NCBI GenBank assembly: GCA_902776375.1
Contig: CACYPV010000006.1
Location: 893 to 64,892, forward strand
Source of the DNA: an uncultured Ruminococcus sp.
Lineage (GTDB): Bacteria > Bacillota > Clostridia > Oscillospirales > Acutalibacteraceae
Direction of reading: 5' to 3'
Length of the DNA: 64,000 nt
The position numbers and the translations under genes are program-made. The notes below the pieces were generated by a model. That model saw nothing but the letters and a program-made list of their open reading frames with translations. It made no database searches and was not told the origin of the DNA. This document shows positions 1 through 8,484 of the stretch, piece by piece. How positions within the stretch are numbered: position 1 is the stretch's first letter; every line of letters starts with the position of its first letter.

Positions 1-365
1 ACGAGCTGCAAAACCTGCTGATAGAAGCCTTTCTTGACACCGCCGACACCTACTCCGACGAAATCAAAAAGCTTCACGACGCGTGGATTGCGGGCGACGA
101 AGACAAGCTTAGCGATGAAATGGAGGGCGAAACGGAAGACGACGACGAGGAGCTTACGCCCGAACAGCAAAAGCTTCTCGACGACTACCGAAAAAAGATG
201 TACGACGACCGCAACGACGGAATGGCAAAAAAGGCTGTCGAATATCTCGAAAGCGGCAAGAACGTTTTCTTCACCGCCGGCACGGCTCACTTCCTCGGCG
301 ATAAAGGCATAGTCAAGCAGCTCACCGACAAGGGCTATAAGGTCGAGAGAATACATATCAGTTAA
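1..365 (+). CDS. TraB/GumN family protein, C-terminal part (5' end outside window)
   Basis: Frame 3 is open from the window edge. The C-terminus FFTAGTAHFLGDKGIVKQLTDKGYKVERI matches the usual TraB/GumN ending (AGxxHLxGxxGvxxxLxxxGYxV). Confidence 0.6.
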   Translation, partial: ELQNLLIEAFLDTADTYSDEIKKLHDAWIAGDEDKLSDEMEGETEDDDEELTPEQQKLLDDYRKKMYDDRNDGMAKKAVEYLESGKNVFFTAGTAHFLGDKGIVKQLTDKGYKVERIHIS

Positions 366-373
366 ACAAAAAT

Positions 374-406
374 GCCTCTGACGTAAAATCAGAGGCGTTT
401 GTTTTT
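374..406. terminator. Stem-loop GCCTCTGA-N7-TCAGAGGC followed by a T-run, between convergent genes
   Basis: An 8-bp perfect stem at 374-396 is followed by GTTTGTTTTT and preceded by an A-run, so it could work in both directions. Confidence 0.6.
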
Positions 407-1265
407 ATTCATCTTTCTTATTTGCGGGCGCTTCGGTCGCTGACTTCTGCTCGGACGTTTGCTTATCGCCCTTCTTGTCTTCCTTCATCGTCGCCTTAGT
501 CACTTCGTGCACGGCGTAGCCGATCGCGCCGTTCACTCCCTTGTAGTGATAAATAATAATCAAATTCTTTTTCGCGTTGAAGTAATACTCGCATTGCTCA
601 AGATTCTCGTCGGACGTGCTCACCTGACGGGCGTTTGCGATCCTTGCCCTCGTGGCGGAGTCGGCGTCCTTTTCCATCGCGTCGTAAATCTTATTGATTT
701 TTTCCTTCGCGTAATTTCTTGTCTTTTTCAGCTCAGTGGTCGACGCGGCTACGATATCCGCCCCCGTAAGCTGCTCTCCGGTCTCGATATCAAAGTTGTA
801 CACGTCGAAAAAGCTGTTGGGGACTTCCTCGACCGTGCGATGCTCTATAACAAGACTCAGAATATTTCCGTTCAGAGTGCAAACATAATCTACCCTGTCC
901 ACAGCGTGGTCGTCGGCAGGCCTTTGTTTGGTTTTTAACTGTACCCTGTACTTCGCGGTTATCTCCAAATTTATCCGCCTGGCGGCGTCGCCGTCAAGCA
1001 TAAGCTGCGGCATACGGTTGGGAACAAGAGCGTTTTTAAGCCCCTTCTCGCCCGTGATCTGAAAATCGCCCGAAAACGGCAGCTTCTTTTCCAGCGCGGT
1101 CGAAACATAGCTTTCCGCCTTTGTTTTATCAAGCGGAGCCGTAGTTTCCGCAACGCCTGAGCCGGTTGAGGATTTGCTCTTTTTATCCGAACCGCCGAAC
1201 AAGCTGCACGAGCACATCGAAAACGCCAACGCGCAGACAAGGACGGCAGACAAAATCTTTTTCAT
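405..1265 (-). CDS. Secreted lipoprotein, possibly DUF4163/DUF3298 (RsiV-like) fold
   Basis: Signal peptide plus lipobox (MKKILSAVLVCALAFSMCSCS). PQLMLDGDAARRINLEI and VYNFDIETGEQLTGADI resemble DUF4163/DUF3298 signatures. Confidence 0.55.
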   Translation of the reverse strand: MKKILSAVLVCALAFSMCSCSLFGGSDKKSKSSTGSGVAETTAPLDKTKAESYVSTALEKKLPFSGDFQITGEKGLKNALVPNRMPQLMLDGDAARRINLEITAKYRVQLKTKQRPADDHAVDRVDYVCTLNGNILSLVIEHRTVEEVPNSFFDVYNFDIETGEQLTGADIVAASTTELKKTRNYAKEKINKIYDAMEKDADSATRARIANARQVSTSDENLEQCEYYFNAKKNLIIIYHYKGVNGAIGYAVHEVTKATMKEDKKGDKQTSEQKSATEAPANKKDE

Positions 1266-1431
1266 ATATCATACCTCGGTTTCTTTTTTCCATGTACCCT
1301 GATAGTATACCATTCAATTCAAATAATTTCAAGTCATAATCATATCATATCGGCGCGTTCGCTGTTTTTTCTGTTGAATAATCGGCAGAACCGTGCTATA
1401 CTCAAGCTATAATCAACAAAAGGGATCTGCT

Positions 1432-2355
1432 ATGAAATCATCTGTAATTCAAAACCGAACCGCCGCCTGCGCGCTCGCCGTGGGCTGCACCCTGCTGTGG
1501 GGCACGGCTTTCCCGTTCATCAAGCTCGGGTACCGCGAATTTGGCATAGCCGACGGCGACGTGGGCAGCATGCTCCTGTTCGCGGGGCTGCGCTTTTCGC
1601 TGGCGGGTATTTTGGTCATCCTGTTTTTGTGCGCAAGGGAACACAGGCTTCGCTTTCCTCAAAAGCCGGAGCTTGCGCCCATCCTCCTGCTTGGCGTCAT
1701 CCAGACCGCCGGTCAGTACTTCTGCACCTACTTCGGCATAGGTCACACCACGGGAACGAACACCTCGATAATAACCGCCTGCGGCTCATTTTTGACCGTG
1801 CTGTTCGCGCCGCTGTTTTTCAAAAGCGACAGGCTGACTTTATTAAAGCTGCTCGGCTGCGCCGTCGGTTTTGCCGGCGTTCTGGTAATAAACGGCGGTG
1901 GCGGCTTCGGGCTCGGCACGCTTTTCGGCGATTTTTTGATTTTCATGTCTACCGTTTTTGCGTCGGGCGGCAACCTTATCGCCAAGGGCTTTTCAAAAGG
2001 CAAAGACCCTGTCAGCATAACCGGCTGGCAGCTTTTGCTCGGCGGGCTTATGCTCACGCTCGCGGGGCTTTTCGGCGGCGGGCGGCTCGACCTTTCAAAC
2101 CTGCGCGGATTGCTTATCCTGCTGTGGCTCGCGCTCGTTTCGGCAGTCGCGTTCACCGTATGGACGGCGCTGCTAAAGCACCATCCCGCTGGAAAGATCG
2201 CCGTGTTCAACCTGCTGGTGCCCGTGTTCGGCACGGCGCTTTCGGGGCTGCTGCTCGGCGAAAATGTCTGGCGGTTGGAGGCTCTGCTCTCCCTCACGCT
2301 CATAGCGGCAGGCATCGTTTTGGTGAATATTTCAAGGGGGAACACGAATGATTAA
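1432..2355 (+). CDS. DMT superfamily (EamA-like) transporter
   Basis: About 10 hydrophobic helices with typical EamA sequence (LLWGTAFPFIKLGY..). The start is moved to the ATG at 1432, which has an AAGGGA Shine-Dalgarno (SD) upstream. Confidence 0.85.
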   Translation: MKSSVIQNRTAACALAVGCTLLWGTAFPFIKLGYREFGIADGDVGSMLLFAGLRFSLAGILVILFLCAREHRLRFPQKPELAPILLLGVIQTAGQYFCTYFGIGHTTGTNTSIITACGSFLTVLFAPLFFKSDRLTLLKLLGCAVGFAGVLVINGGGGFGLGTLFGDFLIFMSTVFASGGNLIAKGFSKGKDPVSITGWQLLLGGLMLTLAGLFGGGRLDLSNLRGLLILLWLALVSAVAFTVWTALLKHHPAGKIAVFNLLVPVFGTALSGLLLGENVWRLEALLSLTLIAAGIVLVNISRGNTND

Positions 2356-3001
2356 AGGCGTTATTTCCGACATGGACGGCGTCATGCTCGACTCCGAAAA
2401 GTTGTACGTGCGCTTTTGGTGCGAGGCTGCGCAAAGCCACGGCTACCCGATGAAAAAGGAGCACGCGCTGGGCATCCGCTCAATGGCGCGACCCTTCGCC
2501 ATCCAAAAGCTGCAGGGCTGGTTCGGCGAGGGCTTTGACTACGACAAGGTGCGCGATACGCGCGTAAAAATAATGGACGAATACATCAGCGCCCACGGCA
2601 TAGAAGCCAAGCGCGGCGCAAAAGCTCTGCTGCAATGGCTGAAAGCGAACAACATAAAAACCGCGCTCGCCACCGCCACAGCCGTAGACAGGGCAACGCT
2701 CTATTTGGACAAGGTAGGCTTGCTTGAGTACTTCGACGTGATAGCCAGCGCGCGCATGGTAAAGCGCGGCAAGCCGGAGCCCGACATTTATCTCTACGCC
2801 GCCGGGCAGCTCGGGCTCGACCCAAAGGACTGCCTTGCGCTGGAGGACTCGCAAAACGGTGTGCGCTCCGCCGCCGCGGCAGGCTGCAAAACCGTGCTCG
2901 TCCCCGACCTCGACAACCCCGAAAACGAGCTGAAAGACCTGCTTTTCGCCACGGCGAAAAACCTTGAAAACGTTATTGATATCATAAAAAACAGCAAATA
3001 G
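2348..3001 (+). CDS. HAD-IA family hydrolase (beta-phosphoglucomutase-like phosphatase)
   Basis: Motif I DMDGVMLDSE, the GKPEPDIY motif and the LALEDSQNG motif are present. The start overlaps the upstream gene by 8 nt. Confidence 0.85.
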   Translation: MIKGVISDMDGVMLDSEKLYVRFWCEAAQSHGYPMKKEHALGIRSMARPFAIQKLQGWFGEGFDYDKVRDTRVKIMDEYISAHGIEAKRGAKALLQWLKANNIKTALATATAVDRATLYLDKVGLLEYFDVIASARMVKRGKPEPDIYLYAAGQLGLDPKDCLALEDSQNGVRSAAAAGCKTVLVPDLDNPENELKDLLFATAKNLENVIDIIKNSK

Positions 3002-3041
3002 AAAAGCAGCCGTTTCCGACTGCTTTTTTCTTTATTGGAAA

Positions 3042-4337
3042 TTAAATCGCTTTGAACGCTTCCTCCAAGTCAAAGAGGATATCGTCGATGTGCTCGGTGC
3101 CTATCGAAAGGCGAACGGTGTTGGGACGGATGCCCTGCTCCTCCAACTCCTCGGCGTTTAGCTGAGAGTGCGTGGTCGTCGCTGGGTGGATGACAAGCGA
3201 CTTTACGTCAGCCACGTTCGCGAGCAGCGAAAAGACCTGCAAATTGTCGATAAAGCGCAGCGCCTCTGCCTCTCCCCCCTTCACATCAAAGGTGAAGATG
3301 GAACCGCCGCCGTTCGGGAAATACTTGTCATAAAGCTCCTTGTAGCCCGACTCCGGAAGCGAGGGGTGGTTGATGTGCTCGACCTTCGGGTGGTTCTTCA
3401 AAAACTCGATGACCTTCTTGGTGTTGTAGGCGTGGCGCTCGACGCGCAGCGAAAGGGTCTCCAAGCCCTGCAAGAAGATGAACGCGTGGAACGGCGAGAT
3501 CGTCGCGCCGGTGTCGCGCAGCAGTATCGCGCGGATATATGTCGCGAACGCCGCGCCGGGAGCCGCCTGAGTGAACACCGCGCCGTGATACGACGGGTTG
3601 GGCTCGGAGAATTGCGGGAACTTGCCGCTTGCCGCCCAATCGAAATTGCCGCTCTCGATTATAACGCCGCCGATAGCGGTGCCGTGTCCGCCGATGAACT
3701 TCGTCGCGGAATGGACAACGATGTCCGCCCCGTGCTCGATGGGGCGAAGCAAAAACGGGGTGGCGAAGGTGCTGTCTACAACGAGCGGTATATTATGCGC
3801 GTGAGCGACCTTAGCGAGGGCTTCAATGTCGATGATGTTCGAATTTGGATTGCCCAGCGACTCGATATAGATCGCGCGGGTGTTCTCGTCTATCGCCCTT
3901 TCAAAGGCGCCCTCCTCGTCGGGGTCGACAAAGGTCGTAGTGATGCCGTAATCGGGCAGGGTGTGCGCCAGCAGGTTGTAGCTGCCGCCGTAGATCGTCT
4001 TGGCGGCAACGATATTGTTGCCCGCCTTTGCCAGCGCCTGGATGGTGTATGTTATAGCCGCCGCGCCGGAGGCAACCGCCAGCGCCGCCGAGCCGCCCTC
4101 CAACGCCGCTATCCTCTCCTCAAAAACCGCCTGCGTGGGGTTTGTCAGTCTGCCGTAGATATTGCCCGCGTCGCGCAGACCGAAGCGATCCGCCGCGTGC
4201 TGACTGTCGTGAAAAACGTATGATGTCGTGGCGTAGATCGGCACCGCGCGAGCATCGGTAACGGGGTCGGCGCTCTCCTGTCCTACGTGAAGCTGCTTTG
4301 TTTCAAAGTGAAGGTTTCTTTCTTTTAATGTACTCAT
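3042..4337 (-). CDS. metY: O-acetylhomoserine aminocarboxypropyltransferase / sulfhydrylase (PLP-dependent)
   Basis: Full-length 431-aa protein of the Cys/Met-metabolism PLP family ([11 protein letters not shown] lysine motif; N-terminus [11 protein letters not shown]). Confidence 0.9.
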   Translation of the reverse strand: MSTLKERNLHFETKQLHVGQESADPVTDARAVPIYATTSYVFHDSQHAADRFGLRDAGNIYGRLTNPTQAVFEERIAALEGGSAALAVASGAAAITYTIQALAKAGNNIVAAKTIYGGSYNLLAHTLPDYGITTTFVDPDEEGAFERAIDENTRAIYIESLGNPNSNIIDIEALAKVAHAHNIPLVVDSTFATPFLLRPIEHGADIVVHSATKFIGGHGTAIGGVIIESGNFDWAASGKFPQFSEPNPSYHGAVFTQAAPGAAFATYIRAILLRDTGATISPFHAFIFLQGLETLSLRVERHAYNTKKVIEFLKNHPKVEHINHPSLPESGYKELYDKYFPNGGGSIFTFDVKGGEAEALRFIDNLQVFSLLANVADVKSLVIHPATTTHSQLNAEELEEQGIRPNTVRLSIGTEHIDDILFDLEEAFKAI

Positions 4338-4388
4338 TATAATTTCTCCTTTTTGTTATGATGATGTGTTTTATTTTTGTCGCTAAAA

Positions 4389-4442
4389 TCAACATCGGCA
4401 CATTCGCGCGTCATAACAGCAAAGGTTTATGTAAAGTTTCAT
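4389..4442 (-). CDS. Candidate 17-codon Cys-rich leader peptide (MKLYINLCCYDARMCRC) upstream of metY
   Basis: Absent from the ORF track because it is short. An AGGAGAA SD lies 5 nt upstream of the ATG. It sits in the metY 5' leader downstream of a consensus promoter and has 4 Cys and 2 Met in 17 residues. Confidence 0.3.
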   Translation of the reverse strand: MKLYINLCCYDARMCRC

Positions 4443-4490
4443 ATCTATTCTCCTATATTTCCTACTGCATTAGTAGGTTTTGTGATTCGG

Positions 4491-4519
4491 ATTATAACAC
4501 ACATTTCCTAGTTTGTCAA
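4491..4519 (-). promoter_or_regulatory. Sigma-70/SigA-type promoter TTGACA-17 nt-TATAAT driving metY
   Basis: Exact consensus hexamers on the minus strand (revcomp of 4514-4519 and 4491-4496) with a 17-nt spacer. Confidence 0.55.
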
Positions 4520-4617
4520 TAGGTTTTGTAAAATATTTTTTTGATTATTCTCCTCCGCCGCAAAAACATCTCACCCATTTGTATTTCCGCGATAAACTGT
4601 AATGAGGTGAGCCGCTT

Positions 4618-4950
4618 ATGAATATAGTATCCGCCGTTATAATAGTCAGCCTTGCGGTCGCGGGGCTCGTCGCCGTATTCCGCGAGATATCGCTGCGGCT
4701 TTTTACCTGCCGCGACGAATGTACCGTGATGTACATCACAAGAATAAACGCCAACGACGACAACATCGAGTTCGTGCTGCGCAGCGCGCTTGCCAAACGC
4801 CGCTGGAGCGCCGACAAAAACTCGGTCAGCGCGGTCTGCCTTAACTGCGAGCTAAACGACAAAAACCGCAAGATCTGCGAGCGTATCTGCCGCGAATACG
4901 GCTTTGCGCGTATAATGACAAAGGACGAATTTTTAAAATCACTTGATTAA
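4618..4950 (+). CDS. Hypothetical small membrane-anchored protein
   Basis: An N-terminal TM helix (IVSAVIIVSLAVAGLVAVF) is followed by a Cys-rich soluble part. No family recognised. Confidence 0.5.
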   Translation: MNIVSAVIIVSLAVAGLVAVFREISLRLFTCRDECTVMYITRINANDDNIEFVLRSALAKRRWSADKNSVSAVCLNCELNDKNRKICERICREYGFARIMTKDEFLKSLD

Positions 4951-5002
4951 TGCGCCCGATATGGAGTATAATAGAAAGGAAACGTAAAAAACAGGTGTTA
5001 TT

Positions 5003-7216
5003 ATGCAGGAAAAAGCCTTGCTCCGGCTGGAGGGCACAGTTGAAAATATAGTATACCGCAACGACGAGAACGGCTACACCGTCCTCGAGATCATCGACGG
5101 CGACAACTTTATAACCGCCGTCGGCGTCATGCCGCCCGTCAATTCCGGCGACAGGGTGGCGCTTACGGGCATGTACACCGAGCACCGCAGCTACGGCAGG
5201 CAGTTTTCCGCAAAAGCGTGCGAGATCTGCCGCCCCACCGAAACGGCGGATATTCTCAGGTATCTTTCCTCCGGCGCGATAAAGGGCGTCGGCCCCGCGA
5301 CGGCGCAGCGGCTCGTGAAGGAGTTCGGCGAAAGCACGCTCGAAGTCATGGAAACTCAGCCCGAGCGCGTCGCGCTGCTAAAAGGCGTGTCAAAGGAAAA
5401 GGCGCTCGACTTCGCCGCGCAGCTCCGCGCGAACGCCGGCATCCGCACGCTCATGCTCTATCTCGGCGAGTACGGCATCTCCAACTCCTCGGCGGTAAAG
5501 ATATTCAACGCCTTCGGAGCCGGCTGCGTCGAGCATATAAAAGAAAACCCGTACATACTCTGTCAGGGCGACTTCGGCGTTCCTTTCGAGCGTGCGGACT
5601 TCATCGCCAAGCGCGAAAACCTTGAAAGCGACAGCGGCATCCGCGTCCGCGCGGGGCTGAGCTATATACTGCGCCACAACGAGGGCAACGGCCACACCTG
5701 CCTGCCCGCTGACAAACTGCTCGACACCGCCGCGGGCTTCCTCGGCGTAAGCCAAGCCAGAGCGCGCGAATGTCTTGACGAACTGATCTTCGACCGCAGC
5801 CTTATTTTGGACAGGCTGGGCGATACCGACTTTATCTTCACGCCGCAGCTCCACCTCAACGAAATGTACATAGCCTCGCGCGTAAAAATGATGCTTTCCT
5901 TCCCCGCCGAACGCGAAAAGAACCTTGAAGACGCGATAGCGGAGCTTGAAGAAAGCAACGGCATACGATACGCCGACCTTCAGCGCGACGCGATAACAGC
6001 CGCGCTCAGCGAGGGCATGCTGGTGCTTACCGGCGGCCCAGGCACAGGCAAAACCACCACGCTTAACGCGATAATAAAAATACTGCAAAGCAGGGGCAAA
6101 AAGGTACTGCTCGCCGCCCCGACGGGACGCGCCGCCCAGCGCATGAGCGAGCTTACGGGCGACGAGGCAAAAACCATCCACCGTCTGCTTGAAGTGAGCT
6201 GGGACAAGCATGACAACCCCGTATTCAACAAAAACGAGAAAAACCAATTGAAATGCGACGCGCTTATCATCGACGAAATGTCGATGGTGGACTGCTACAT
6301 CTTCGAAAGCGTAATGCGCGCGCTGCCCATGGGCTGCCGCCTGGTGCTCGTCGGCGACTCCGACCAGCTGCCGTCCGTCGGCCCCGGCAACATCCTCGGC
6401 GACCTTATCGACAGCGGCGTCCTGCCCGTCGTGCGGCTCAATGAGATTTTCAGGCAAGCGCAGGAAAGCCTGATAATCACCAACGCGCACAAGATAGTCA
6501 ACGGGCAAATGCCCGTGCTCAACAAGGCGGACAAGGACTTTTTCTTCCTGCGACGAACCGTCAAGAGCGAAGTGACCGAGCTCATCACCGACCTCTGCCG
6601 CTCCCGTCTGCCAAAAGCCTACGGCTATTCGCCGTTTGAAAACATACAGGTGCTCTCCCCCTCAAAAAAAGGCGAGCTCGGCACCGCGGAGCTCAACCAC
6701 AGGCTGCAGTCAAGTTTGAACCCGCCCGATGATAACAAGGCGGAGGTAACGATCGGCAGCAAGACCTTCCGCGAGGGCGACAAGGTGATGCAGATAAAAA
6801 ACAACTACGATATCCGCTGGTTCCGCGAAAACGGCGAAACAGGCGAGGGCGTGTTCAACGGCGACATCGGCATCATCGAGAAGATCGACAGAAAGACAAA
6901 GCACATGCGGATAAACTTTTACGACAAGACCGCCGCGCTCACCTTTGAAGACTGCTCCGATATCGACTTCGCCTACGCGATAACCGTGCACAAAAGTCAG
7001 GGCAACGAGTTCGACGCGGTCATAATCCCGATGTTTTCCGGACCCCCTCAGCTATATTACCGCAATCTGCTCTACACCGCCGTGACCCGCGCCAAAAAGA
7101 CGCTCATCCTCGTCGGCACGCCGCAGACAGTGGAATACATGGTAAACAACAACCGCCAAACCAAACGCTACAGCGCGCTAAGGGAATTCCTGACAAGGGA
7201 AGACAGCCTGTATTAA
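5003..7216 (+). CDS. recD2: SF1B ATP-dependent RecD2-like DNA helicase
   Basis: Walker A GGPGTGKTT, DEMSMVD and VGDSDQLPSVGPG motifs, with a C-terminal AITVHKSQGNEF/TAVTRAK signature. Confidence 0.9.
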   Translation: MQEKALLRLEGTVENIVYRNDENGYTVLEIIDGDNFITAVGVMPPVNSGDRVALTGMYTEHRSYGRQFSAKACEICRPTETADILRYLSSGAIKGVGPATAQRLVKEFGESTLEVMETQPERVALLKGVSKEKALDFAAQLRANAGIRTLMLYLGEYGISNSSAVKIFNAFGAGCVEHIKENPYILCQGDFGVPFERADFIAKRENLESDSGIRVRAGLSYILRHNEGNGHTCLPADKLLDTAAGFLGVSQARARECLDELIFDRSLILDRLGDTDFIFTPQLHLNEMYIASRVKMMLSFPAEREKNLEDAIAELEESNGIRYADLQRDAITAALSEGMLVLTGGPGTGKTTTLNAIIKILQSRGKKVLLAAPTGRAAQRMSELTGDEAKTIHRLLEVSWDKHDNPVFNKNEKNQLKCDALIIDEMSMVDCYIFESVMRALPMGCRLVLVGDSDQLPSVGPGNILGDLIDSGVLPVVRLNEIFRQAQESLIITNAHKIVNGQMPVLNKADKDFFFLRRTVKSEVTELITDLCRSRLPKAYGYSPFENIQVLSPSKKGELGTAELNHRLQSSLNPPDDNKAEVTIGSKTFREGDKVMQIKNNYDIRWFRENGETGEGVFNGDIGIIEKIDRKTKHMRINFYDKTAALTFEDCSDIDFAYAITVHKSQGNEFDAVIIPMFSGPPQLYYRNLLYTAVTRAKKTLILVGTPQTVEYMVNNNRQTKRYSALREFLTREDSLY

Positions 7217-7431
7217 AGTGAATGATTAATAATGAATAGTGAATAGTGAATGGCGGGCTCTGCCCGCACCCGATTTATATTGGCGCGGCACGATTCGATA
7301 ACGCGGCACATGCGCTTCGCGCAGGAAGCTTTTTCGCTCAGCACGCATTATTACAAATCCGGAGCGAAGCGACCATTCACTATGCACTATGCACCATTCA
7401 CTATACACTAATATAAAACGGAGTATTAAAC
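7217..7431. repeat. Composite palindromic intergenic element (word arrays flanking a TIR-like core)
   Basis: GTGAATAG-type words (7226-7254) are mirrored by their complement (7375-7412). They flank a core at 7255-7374 that begins GGGCTCTGCCCGCACCCGATT and ends AATCCGGAGCGAAGCGACC. The same ends recur at 28344-28516 and 30284-30361. Confidence 0.8.
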
Positions 7432-8448
7432 ATGAACATTGCAATCGATTTAGGTTCCGACAGAACCAGAGTATTTATTGAAAACAAAGGAAAGGTGCTC
7501 GACGAAGCAAGCGTTATCACCTACGACATCGACACCAACGAGATCTACGCGGTCGGCGACGAAGCGTACGCCATGATCGGCAAAACGCCGCTGGGCATCC
7601 GCGCCGCTCACCCGATGGACAGCGGCGTTATCGCTCAGTCCGATTTGGTTGAGGAAATGGTCGACATAATGATGCGCGAGCTGTGCCCCGTCAAAATATC
7701 AAATCCGCGCGTCATCACCGCTATCCCCTGCGCCCTCACCGAGGTCGAAAAGCGCGCGGTCGTAAACGCCGTAAGCTCCTTCGGCGCGCGCAAGGTGTAC
7801 CTTATCGAAACGCCCAAGGCGGCGGCGCTGGGCTGCGGAGCCGACATCACCTCGCCCCACGGCGTGTTTATCGCCGATATCGGCAGCGGCACCGCAGACA
7901 TAGGCGTGCTCTCCCTCGGCGGTCTTTCGGCGTCCAAAAGCGTCAAGCACGCGGGCAGCGCGATGGACGAGGCTATAGTAAAATACGTGCGCAAAGAGTA
8001 CAACCTCGTTATCGGCACCAACATGGCTGAAAGCTGCAAAAAGGCTATAGGCTGCGTCGTCAGCCTTCCCAAGCAAGAGACCTTCCGCGTAAAGGGCAGG
8101 GACGCGATAAGCGGTCTGCCGCGCTACGTTGACGTTACAAGCGAGGAGATCAAGGGCGCGATAGAGGAAATAGCAAAAGAGATAGTGACCGCCATCCGCG
8201 ACGTGCTCGAGCAAACTCCCCCCGAGCTGCTCAGCGACGTCTCGACCGACGGCATCATCCTCACCGGCGGCCTCGCCAAGCTAAAGGGCATGGCACAGCT
8301 CGTCGGCCTGACTACCAAGCTAAAGGTGCGCGTCCACAAATACGCCCCCGACTGCGTGATAATGGGCTGCGGCAAGGCGATAAAATACATCCCCTACGCC
8401 GACAAAGAAATGGTCTCCGGCATCTCCCCCCTCCTGACCGCGTATTAA
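7432..8448 (+). CDS. MreB/Mbl family actin-like protein (divergent)
   Basis: 338-aa actin-fold ATPase with IDLGSDRTRVF, IADIGSGTADI and ILTGGLAKLKG phosphate/adenosine motifs. Confidence 0.8.
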   Translation: MNIAIDLGSDRTRVFIENKGKVLDEASVITYDIDTNEIYAVGDEAYAMIGKTPLGIRAAHPMDSGVIAQSDLVEEMVDIMMRELCPVKISNPRVITAIPCALTEVEKRAVVNAVSSFGARKVYLIETPKAAALGCGADITSPHGVFIADIGSGTADIGVLSLGGLSASKSVKHAGSAMDEAIVKYVRKEYNLVIGTNMAESCKKAIGCVVSLPKQETFRVKGRDAISGLPRYVDVTSEEIKGAIEEIAKEIVTAIRDVLEQTPPELLSDVSTDGIILTGGLAKLKGMAQLVGLTTKLKVRVHKYAPDCVIMGCGKAIKYIPYADKEMVSGISPLLTAY

Positions 8449-8484
8449 TTATCCGCCATCAGACAAACCAACAGGAGTTATATT

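Noticed and set aside
4338-4500. S-box (SAM-I) or Met T-box riboswitch upstream of metY, and a T-box upstream of gltX (19526-19692).
   Set aside because: I could not find the conserved S-box core or the T-box motif (AGAGA/GNUGGNA-type elements). The gltX leader is too short (about 35 nt after the promoter). Only a covariance-model search can fully exclude them.
5390-6508. Long antisense ORF (372 aa) inside recD2. Similar shadow ORFs occur opposite other genes, e.g. 3168..4223(+), 25397..26191(+), 26743..27720(+), 38021..39418(+), 50121..50852(-), 53601..54461(-), 55128..56453(+), 56942..58117(-) and 61785..62381(-).
   Set aside because: They lie antisense to genes with unambiguous family signatures. 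Their products are low-complexity (Arg/Ala/Gly/Val-rich) and lack SD sequences. Such stop-free antisense frames are expected in G+C-rich coding DNA.
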